DNA from: an uncultured Acidobacteriota bacterium
GTDB lineage: Bacteria > Acidobacteriota > Thermoanaerobaculia > Thermoanaerobaculales > Sulfomarinibacteraceae
Direction: 5' to 3'
Assembly (NCBI GenBank): GCA_963704125.1
Contig: CAVPHA010000025.1
Location: 21,481 to 85,480, forward strand
Length of the DNA stretch: 64,000 bases
The notes under the pieces are model-generated. The model worked only from the letters and a program-made list of their open reading frames with translations, ran no database searches and had not been told where the DNA came from. The position numbers and the translations under genes are program-made. Each line of letters begins with the position of its first letter. Positions within the stretch are counted from its first letter, which is position 1. Below are positions 55,806 to 64,000 of this stretch, one piece after another.

Positions 55806-56841
55806 TCATTCAACCAGTTCAACTCGCCATTTGATTTCCTGACCAGCGCGCAGCGGAACGACCACATCATCACCGAAAGGGTAGCCCGCAGGCGCCGACC
55901 ACGGGTCTTCGACCAAGCGGACCTGGCGCCGGTTGCGCGGCAGACCGTAGAAATCAGCGCCGTGGAAGGAGGCAAAGGCCTCCAGACGTTCCAAAGCCCC
56001 GGCACCCTCGAAGGCCTCGGCATACAGAGCCAGCGCGGCGTGAGCCGTGAAACAACCCGCGCAGCCGCATTGACTCTCCTTCATCGACCGCCCGTGAGGC
56101 GCGCTGTCGGTGCCGAGAAAGAAACGCGGATCGCCGCCGGTCGCGGCGGCCAACCAGCGCCCGGCGGTGGATCTCTCGTTTGAGCACCGGCAGGCAGTAG
56201 TGGTGGGGTTTCACTCCCCCGACCAGAAGATCGTTGCGGTTGAGCAACAGGTGCTGCGGCGTGATGGTCGCACCGATTCGAGGCGGCGACGATTGGACGA
56301 AGTCCACGGCGTCTTTGGTGGTGACATGCTCGAAGACGACCTTGAGACCCGGGCTGCGACGAATCAGCGGCTCGAGAACGGAGTCGATAAAGGCCTTCTC
56401 TCGATCGAAGATGTCGACGCCGGGATCGGTGAGCTCGCCGTGGACCGAGAGGACCATCCCGCGCTCTGCCATCGCTTCGATGGTGGCCGCGATGCGGTCG
56501 ATGTCGGTCACCCCGGCGTCGGAGTTGGTCGTCGCGCCGGCCGGGTAGAGTTTGAAGGCGACGATCCCGGCCTCGCCCGCGCGCCGCACCTCTTCGGGTG
56601 GAGTGAGATCGGTGAGGTAGAGCGTCATGAGCGGCGTGAACCCGCTCGCCGCCGGCAGCGCGTCGAGGATCCTCCGGCGATAGGCCATCGCCGCCTCGGT
56701 GGTGGTCACCGGCGGACTCAGATTGGGCATCACCACCGCACGGCCGAAGACGGCGGCGGTGGCGCCGACCACATCCGCCATGGCGACACCGTCGCGCAGG
56801 TGAAGATGCCAGTCGTCGGGCTGGGTGAGGGTGAGGTTCAT
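55806..56841 (-). CDS. pyrC: Dihydroorotase (type II); frameshift near 56150
   Basis: [60 protein letters not shown]. Confidence 0.92.
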
Positions 56842-57042
56842 GCTCAGACTCCGCGCCCATGATCGCATGGATGCTGACTGCTGGATGCTGGATCGGCACA
56901 TCGCACCATCGCAGGGTTCATCGCGGCGTCGCAAACACGAAGACGCGAAGACGCGAAGGGGTCACAGAGTCATCGCAATGGAGAGTGGGGCGACCGTGCC
57001 GGATGCTGTCGCTGCCGCTACGTCGGACGTGGACTCAGGTGA

Positions 57043-57120
57043 TTGTAGCGCCCACCTCCAGGTGGGCGTCGGTGCCCCCCGAGAAGGGCCATGACGCCGA
57101 TCTCGAGATCGGCGCTACAA
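57043..57120. repeat. GTAG-type REP doublet
   Basis: TTGTAGCGCCCACCTCCAGGTGGGCGTC and inverted GACGCCGATCTCGAGATCGGCGCTACAA. Confidence 0.75.
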
Positions 57121-57145
57121 GACCCAGCGACTCTGGGTTGAATCG

Positions 57146-57499
57146 TCAGCTGGTTGGGTACAGCAGCCGCCAGGTCAAGGCCCGGACTTCGTCGAAGAGG
57201 CCAATTGCGTTTCCGGCTTGTGAGCGGTCAACGGCGCAAGCATGTGCAAGCAAGCGCAGGTGGCAGTCGACCTCTTTCGCAGAGGCATATGCAATCCGCC
57301 AGTGGTGGATTCTATCTCTCCCAAACCGCCGATGCCGCTCTGCAAGGTTTGCGGCCACCGAGGACGCTGATCGGACTACTTGATCCGCGATCGCCCTGAG
57401 GGGAGCAGGCACTCGCTTCACCAGAGCGATCGCTGCAGCCGCTGCATCGATGGCCTTCTCGGTGGCGATGAGGTTCGATTTCGGGAGCGCGTTGTTCAT
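57146..57499 (-). CDS. Four-helix-bundle protein (23S rRNA-IVP / Avd-like family)
   Basis: RBS GGAGGT, ATG 57499; IADQVVRSASSVAANLAE...WRIAYASAKEVDCHL signature. Confidence 0.85.
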   Translation of the reverse strand: MNNALPKSNLIATEKAIDAAAAAIALVKRVPAPLRAIADQVVRSASSVAANLAERHRRFGRDRIHHWRIAYASAKEVDCHLRLLAHACAVDRSQAGNAIGLFDEVRALTWRLLYPTS

Positions 57500-57648
57500 G
57501 GTCACCTCCAGGTCGTTCACGCTCCCCCCCACAGTCGATGTGAAGTCCGATTTCAAGGGTCGCCTCCGAGGCGATTCGTCATGCCCTTGAAATCGGACTT
57601 CACATCGACTACATGCCCTCAAGGACGACCCGGAGGTGACCATGAACA
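57493..57648. repeat. 156-bp nested inverted repeat covering the four-helix-bundle RBS and start
   Basis: Perfect 27-bp arms 57533-57559/57584-57610 and 24-bp arms 57493-57516/57625-57648 (1 mismatch). Confidence 0.9.
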
Positions 57649-57834
57649 TCGGGTCCAGGAGGGCGTACCGGTCGCTGAAGGCTCAAGGCTGAAGGCTGGT
57701 CGCTGATCACTGTCGCTGTCGCTGTCGACTGCCGCTGATTGCTGCCGGCTGTCGCTGTCGACTGCCCCTGCCCCTGCCCCTGAATCCCGATCCACCGCGC
57801 CGCGAATCGGCTAAGGTGGTAGCGGGAGGCATCT

Positions 57835-58137
57835 GTGACCACCCCCGATCAACTTCGACACATCGTGGAGTTTCTTGAGAACCGCATTCACCTGGTCGTC
57901 GAGGGCGAGGGCACCATCGCCTTTTCTCCGCCCACCGCCGAGGAGATGGCGGCCGCCGGTCTCGATCGAACGACCGCGACTCGCCTGACCTCAACTTCCT
58001 GGTGGCCCGAAATGGTTGACGATATTATTGAGACTCCGGAGTTCGCCGAGCCGGAAGCGAGCCCGGAGGTGGTGCTCGGCTACGCCAGAGACGTGATTCG
58101 GGAGTACATTGGCAAACGATTCTCGCTCGACGAGTGA
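57835..58137 (+). CDS. Hypothetical protein
   Basis: 100-aa ORF with coding-like composition (WWPEMVDDIIETPEF...YARDVIREYIGKRF). Confidence 0.65.
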   Translation: MTTPDQLRHIVEFLENRIHLVVEGEGTIAFSPPTAEEMAAAGLDRTTATRLTSTSWWPEMVDDIIETPEFAEPEASPEVVLGYARDVIREYIGKRFSLDE

Positions 58138-58188
58138 ATCGAGGCGGTTGGGCTAGAATTCTGGGGAGCAGGAAAGGCGAAGCCATCC

Positions 58189-58998
58189 ATGTCGAAAAAG
58201 GCCCTGGTCGAAAAACTCGCAAAGGCGAATCGAGACGTCAAGAAACTCAGTGAGTTTTTTGCCGCCAGGAAGGGGTGGCTGCTCGCGCCCGATGCAGGCG
58301 AGTCGGCGCGAGATCTCATCCACGCCGCGTCCACCATCGACGAGCGCCTCAAAGCTCTGATCGAAAAGAGTGGCTCTCAACCGACCATACTCAACCACCC
58401 GGAGGTGATCCTCCTGCCCGTGGGAACGCTCGACCACGGTCGGTTGCAGCGCTTCGCGACCTTCCTGCGAGACCTCGACACCTGGTTCGCAGCCCAGACC
58501 TTTGGCGGGGAGTCTCCCGAGGACATCGCCGAGTTTCAGAAGATGGAGGGCAATCTGGCCTTCATCATCGACCTGGTCGAATCCCTATCCGCCATCCCGG
58601 AACCACCGGCCACCGCGGAATCCGACACCGATGGCGCGACTCCGGCGGCGGCCCCCGCCGGCAACACCATCGCGACCATTCCCGAGGGCGCACCGTTCCA
58701 GCTTGTGCTCGACGACACCGATGAGACACCCCTCGTACAGAAATTCCGGGACATCAAGGAACTGACCGCTGACTGCCAGAAAGCGGTGGATGACTTCCTG
58801 GCCGCATGGGGCATCGAGTTGAGCTATTACAACCGCAAAAAACTCCTCGAGCGAACGCTGCGCTGGATCTCCTCGGCCCCCGAGGGTCATGTTCTGGTGA
58901 TGAAGATGAAGACCGCGGAAGAACCATTCGAACCGTACCCGAGCTATATCTCGCGCGATGTTCTCGCCGGCAAACCGCCAAGGCAGGATCCCTGGTAA
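58189..58998 (+). CDS. Hypothetical protein (two domains joined by a Pro/Ala linker)
   Basis: 269-aa intact ORF with coding-like composition; family not recognised. Confidence 0.7.
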   Translation: MSKKALVEKLAKANRDVKKLSEFFAARKGWLLAPDAGESARDLIHAASTIDERLKALIEKSGSQPTILNHPEVILLPVGTLDHGRLQRFATFLRDLDTWFAAQTFGGESPEDIAEFQKMEGNLAFIIDLVESLSAIPEPPATAESDTDGATPAAAPAGNTIATIPEGAPFQLVLDDTDETPLVQKFRDIKELTADCQKAVDDFLAAWGIELSYYNRKKLLERTLRWISSAPEGHVLVMKMKTAEEPFEPYPSYISRDVLAGKPPRQDPW

Positions 58999-59035
58999 TG
59001 GCGCCCTGGGCATTCCCACTCCTCTGAGGAAGAAA

Positions 59036-59284
59036 ATGCAACGTCCGACTTCTCCCGTCGCTGCACTGATCACCCGGTTGATCCCGGGTATCCGCTACCC
59101 GTGGCTCTTCGCAATCCTCGCCGGACTCTTGGCCATCGATCTGGTCGTTCCGGACCCGGTTCCGTTTCTCGACGAAACCGTACTCGCGGTGCTCACATTC
59201 CTCGCCGCATCGTGGCGAATCCGCAGCCGGGAAAGCGATAACCCACCGCCGCGAGACGTCACGCCACGCGACGAGTTCGACTGA
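59036..59284 (+). CDS. Small membrane protein (DUF6116-like)
   Basis: RYPWLFAILAGLLAIDLVVPDPVPFLDETVL; RBS GAGGAAG. Confidence 0.7.
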   Translation: MQRPTSPVAALITRLIPGIRYPWLFAILAGLLAIDLVVPDPVPFLDETVLAVLTFLAASWRIRSRESDNPPPRDVTPRDEFD

Positions 59285-59291
59285 GAGCGGG

Positions 59292-59882
59292 TCAGTCCCA
59301 GACGATTTCGGGTGCGGAAACTCTAAAACCGACGTCTGCTGCGGCCGGATTGACCTGGAACGAGAGTTCGAACCAGCCCGCGTGATCGGCGAGGAAGTGG
59401 CGGAAGCGGCCCTTGGCTTTCTTTTTCGCGTCCAACGTCTTGCGACACATATAGTCGACTCCGTGGCGGCTGGCGACTCGAGCCAGCACCAGATCACAGC
59501 GCGCACCGGCCCGGCGTTTGCCGAAGCGGTACTCGAGCTTGACCCACGATCCGGCATCGGGCGCGCGGAATCGAATGACCAGGTTACCGGGAACGCGAAC
59601 CTCGAACCGACCCTCGGCAACCTCAACCAGAACCGTGCCATCGGGAGCGACCGCACGGGCGCCATCGGAGACGCCCACAGCAATCCCCTGGATCTCTGGC
59701 CCAGCGCCGTTCGCCGGCGTGAAGACCACCTCCAGGCCGTCCTCCTCGATGAGGTTGCGGTAGTTTCCGTAAAGAACGATCACCACCGCGTCGGCCAGAA
59801 CCATCATCGCGAAGAGCGAAAAGACCACCGCCGGAAGCCACCGGCTGCGGCGCGGCTCGGGCCTCGGGGATTCGCCGGTCAT
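59292..59882 (-). CDS. Hypothetical membrane-anchored protein
   Basis: ATG overlaps the GH13 stop; single N-terminal TM helix. Confidence 0.6.
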   Translation of the reverse strand: MTGESPRPEPRRSRWLPAVVFSLFAMMVLADAVVIVLYGNYRNLIEEDGLEVVFTPANGAGPEIQGIAVGVSDGARAVAPDGTVLVEVAEGRFEVRVPGNLVIRFRAPDAGSWVKLEYRFGKRRAGARCDLVLARVASRHGVDYMCRKTLDAKKKAKGRFRHFLADHAGWFELSFQVNPAAADVGFRVSAPEIVWD

Positions 59883-62800
59883 GGCCCCGCCAACGATTCC
59901 AAGAGCCCGGACACCCGGCAACCACAGGCCGCGCCGGCCGCGTCCAACCGCTCCAAGGCGACCTCGGCCGCTTCCATGGCCCCGGGATCATCCCAGGTTT
60001 CGAGCATTGCCACGAGCCGGAGCCACCGCACCAACTCATCGAAGGCCTCGGCCCGATACCAGAGCACCCCGTCCCAGCGGTTGACGCCGAGATGGGTTCT
60101 GCCCGGATCATGCGCCACCAGCTCCGCCACGACCGGAGCGAGATCGACGATCTCGTCATCGTCGGTCGCCCACCAGCCTTGGACGGCGAGGAGCAGTCGA
60201 ATCGTGTCCACCACCTTGCGCGCTTCGGTCGATTCGAGGCCGAGTCCGCACAGCTGCCGTTCGATGACCCGGCCGAACAGCCACTCGTCGAACCAGTCGA
60301 TCACGGGCAGCCGCGGATCCCTCCGATCCACGACCTCCCCGAGGCGGCGGATGAGCAACCATGCAAACACGCTCGCCCACCAGCCCTGGTCGAGCGGCGC
60401 TCCCTGGGCTGCATCAACGACGCCAGGAAGAAGCAGCGCCCGTTCGAGATCTCGGCGGAGCGCGAGGACGGTATCGCCCGGGTCGCTCCGCACACCCTCC
60501 CGAGCCGCCACCGCCGCCAGCAGATCGACGAAAAGCGGCAGCATCTCACCCACCGTCATCTCCCCGTCGGCGGCTGCCGCCGGGTCGGAAAGGCAGGTGG
60601 AGAGAGCCTTCAGGTTTTCAGCCGCCACCAGTTGCGAGAGCGGTTCAAGAACATCGCGGTGGTCGAGTTCGGCGAGCGCGAGGTCGATGCTGTCGACTCC
60701 GCGGCCCGCGAGCTCGGTTTCCAGCATCCGCAACCGACCGTCATCATCGTCCGCGAGCTCCCGGAAATCGAGAAAGACGTGACAGCGGTAGGCATCGAGC
60801 TCGACGTAGAGCCCGTCCTCTGCCAACCCACGACAGGGGCGCAGGTACTCGTTGCCATCCACGACATCCTTGAACGCCAGATAGCGTCCATCACCGCCCG
60901 CGACTCCGAGGCCCTGCGCCAGGCTGAAGCGCTCGAGGCGCTCCGACCCATCGGCCTCGCGCACGAGTTTGGCCGTCGAGCGACGCAGCCAGCCGCGGGT
61001 GTCGGCGAAGGTGTTGTGGAAGATCACCAGGCTGCGCTGGCCACCGACCTCGTTGGAATAGGCAAAGACGTTCTCGTTGACGCGGCCCTGATCGTCGGCA
61101 AAATCATAGAGCAGGAATCGATCGACCTCGGCGAAACTCCCCCGCCGGTGGAGCAGCGGGAAGAGTTGGCGCTCGTGCCGGCGAATCAGGTTCTCGTCGG
61201 GTTCTTCGACCCACCGCGGCCGACGGAACTCCATGCCGTACTTTTCCGCAAAGCCCTCGACCTGGCCATGGCCGAACATGGGCAGACCCGGAAGCGTCGC
61301 CATCAGGGTCGCCACACCGAAGTACTTGCCATCGGCGCCGAACTGATCGATCGCGGTCCGCTCATCCGGATTGGACATGAAGTTGACATACCGCTTGAGA
61401 ATCTGTGGATCAAACTCGAGGGTGCTCTTGATGAGCATCCGATAGTCGGCGTTTCGTTCGTCGCACAGCATATTCATGAAGGCCGAGTTGTAGACCCTGT
61501 GCATGCCGAGGGTGCGGACGAAATATCCCTCGAGCAGCCAGAAGGCCTCGGCAAGCAGAAGCGTGTCCGGAGCTTCGGCGGCGACCCGGTCCACCACCTC
61601 GCGCCAGAACTCCTCGGGCATCGCTCGGTCGAAGGCGGCGCGGGTCATGCCGTGCTCGGCGCGGGACGGAATATCGCCCCCCGTTCCGGGCGCCGGGAAC
61701 CAGAGCCGGTGGTAGTGCTGCTTGGCCAGGGTCATGGCGGCGTCGAAGCGGATGATGGGCGAGCGCCGCGCGACATGGAGAATGGTCTGGATCACCGCTT
61801 CGCGGACCTCGGCGAGGCGGTAGTCGAGCTGGGCGGTGTCGTTCCACGGCATGGTGGTGCCGTCATTGCCGTGGTAGATGAACCGCGCATCGCCGGTCCA
61901 GTGGTCGACCCGCTTGAAGACCACGGCGGCGTCGCTGCGGTCCCAGTATCGGTCCTCGAGGTAGATCCCGACCCGCTCGTCGTCCGAGAGATCCGGGCCG
62001 TTGAAGGTGTACGCCGGGAAGGGCGGCTGATCGAGCCCGATGAACCAGTCCGGGTGTTCGACGACCCACCGCGAGTCGATCCCCATGTGGTTCGGGACCA
62101 TGTCCGTTGAGAGCCGGATACCGCGCTCCCAGGCCCGGGTCTTGAGGTTGTCGTAGGCGGCCTCGCCGCCGAGATCGCCGGCGATGGCGTAGTCGGCGAG
62201 GGAGTAGGCCGAGGCCACCGCCTCGGTGTCGCCCATCATCCGCTTGATGCGTTCCGACGCCCGGCTCCGCTGCCAGACCCCGATGAGCCAGAGCCCGGTG
62301 AACCCCCAGCCGGCGAGCCGGTCGAGTTCATCATCGGGAATCAAATCGAGCGTCGTGATCGCGCGTCCGTATCGCTTGGAAAGCTGGTCGAGCCAGACGT
62401 GGACGTTCTTGGCGAGCAGAACCAACCGGGGCATCCAATCCCGGTCCGCCGAATAGCGCTCCGGCGCGTCGCCGAGATCGGCGTAATCGGGCGGCTCGAC
62501 CGGTCCCGGGCCGAAACCGAAGAACGGCTTCGACTCCTCGGCGACGAAGTCGAGGCTCGAGAGCACACGTAGGATCACGTCACCGAGATACTCGACCCAC
62601 ACCGCACGGATGTAGGCGAGCTGGCCCTCGAGGCTCGTCGGCGCCGCCCGCCTGGGGGCGATCAGAAGATCGAGAAGGGTCTGCCCGCCCTCGTCGAGAC
62701 CGGGTCTGCCGGCGAACGCCGCCTCGATCTTCTCGACACAGCTCGAGTAGGCGGTTTCGCGCTGCAACCGGCTGTCATCGAAAAGTTCGCGAAACGGCGC

Positions 62801-63308
62801 GAAAGCGGGGTTGGTGTTGGCGAGGCGCAGGATCGTCAGCTCCTCGATCGCGATCTCGCGGTTGGAAGTGCCGCCGGTCGCCCCCGCGAGGTAATCGTCG
62901 GCGCTGATTTCTCCACGATAAACCGCCAGTGGCGGGAACTCGTCGACAAAGGTCGCCAGAACCTCGGAGACCACCTCCAGCACCGAGATCGCTCTCGAGC
63001 TCCGCCAGGGTCTCAGCGATCACTCTCGGCCGCACCCGCTCGCGGTAGCGCGCGAGGATGACGTGGAGCATCTCGTCGATGAGTCCCATGGCGTTGATCT
63101 GACTCGCCTGGACCGCCTGGTCGGGATGGGCGCTGAGATCCCGTTGCTCGTTCATCCGATCGGCGAAGAGCCGCGCCGCCCGAAAATCGGCGAAAACGAC
63201 GTTTCCGGTCGAGCCGAAGAGACCGAGATCAAAGCCGTATCGTTCGCGCGCCCGTCGTGAGACGTGAAACTCGCAGCGGGGCGCCGGCCGGGAAGTGTTG
63301 CAGTTCAT
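59879..63308 (-). CDS. Large GH13 alpha-amylase-family glycoside hydrolase; frameshift near 62985
   Basis: GLWLIGVW, DMVPNH, PWNDTAQLDY; catalytic RFDAAM, LAEAFW and SNPDE. N-terminal part in ORF 62775-63308. Confidence 0.88.
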
Positions 63309-63462
63309 TCGGTCAGGATGATACCCCGGAAAAAGGCGCGACGGGGCTTGGGGGGCGAAGTCAGAAGGTTAGGAAGTTAGAAGGTGAGCACTCGCTTCGC
63401 TCGCTGGTCAGGGGGTCGGTGCTCCCGTCGGTCGCTGATTGGCGGTGGCTGCTCACAGCTCA

Positions 63463-63615
63463 GCCTCTTGCAAAATTCAATACCGCTACAAGGGCGGGTA
63501 TAAAACCCGCCCCTACGATTTTGTGGAAACTACCGTAGGGGAGGGTTTTACACCCTCCCCACCAAGACAGCTGAGGGTTCAACTGACCAACCGGCACGGT
63601 ATTTTTGCAAGAGGC
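63463..63615. mobile_element. 153-bp MITE (copy 2)
   Basis: Same TIRs as copy 1; flanked by TCA on both sides (candidate 3-bp target duplication). Confidence 0.8.
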
Positions 63616-63857
63616 TCATCTATTGACTCCATCGCACATGCTCGGGAGATGCAACGCCGAGTCCTGCGGTGGGGCTGACGGCTCAGTCTCCTGCAAGAAT
63701 CCAAGACCTGCCATTCTCAGCACCGCCAGGCCGCGGGGCGGCGCCTACTCATGGAAAGAACAAGGGATCGGTCTGGCAAGCCGGTGGCGCGCGAATTTGA
63801 AACACAAAGGACACAAGGGGCCACGAAGCTAGAGAGAGTTTGAGGAGGACGAGACCA

Positions 63858-63915
63858 CACCTACCCTCGGGGGACCCTTCGACTCACTCGTCGAACTCGT
63901 TCGCTCAGGGTGACA
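63858..63915. repeat. CTGTCACCCTGAGC-family REP-like repeat
   Basis: CCTACCCTCGGGGGACCCTTCGACTC...CGCTCAGGGTGACA is the reverse complement of the arms at ~5332-5392. Confidence 0.8.
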
Positions 63916-64000
63916 TCCCGGGGTGATTCTGTTTCCGTTAAAACTCTTTTATGTTGCAGGCGGCCCAGCATCCAACGCTTTAACCTTCTAACTTCCTCAC

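Noticed and set aside
57146-57499. Diversity-generating retroelement suggested by the Avd-like protein
   Set aside because: No reverse transcriptase and no template/variable repeat pair with adenine-specific differences visible in the window.

Overview
High-GC bacterial DNA, probably from a Thermoanaerobaculia-like Acidobacteriota (inferred from gene content only). About 20 genes, including housekeeping pyrC, are split by single-base frameshifts, most likely uncorrected long-read indels, so I rebuilt those genes across frames by eye. (1) 1-22.8 kb is a LacI-controlled phytate/inositol utilisation locus. It encodes a TonB-dependent receptor, a lipoprotein beta-propeller phytase, PhoD, calcineurin-like and HAD phosphatases, an organophosphate MFS antiporter, the Thermotoga-type iolG/iolK/iolM/iolN/iolO pathway, then uxaE, an SDR reductase, a LarA-family (GntE-like) epimerase and the start of gnd. 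(2) 23-29.6 kb is an island of four toxin-antitoxin modules, including an XRE-ImmA/IrrE protein coupled to MazF. It lies between two truncated genes and ends at a 153-bp MITE that recurs at 63.5 kb. (3) 30-42 kb holds DUF1846, a sugar ABC system with a permease-binding-protein fusion, glycerate kinase, a class V aminotransferase, an atypical transketolase and an SDR. (4) 42-64 kb holds envelope and housekeeping genes: DUF885, S8 protease, pentapeptide-repeat protein, Omp85-like protein, pepF, rlmL-like, gloA, pfk, pyrC and a GH13. It also has a four-helix-bundle gene whose start lies in a ~156-bp hairpin. Intergenic DNA carries several REP-like families and ~100-bp palindromes with AT-rich heptamer arms. 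All family assignments come from motif recognition and memory, not database searches.
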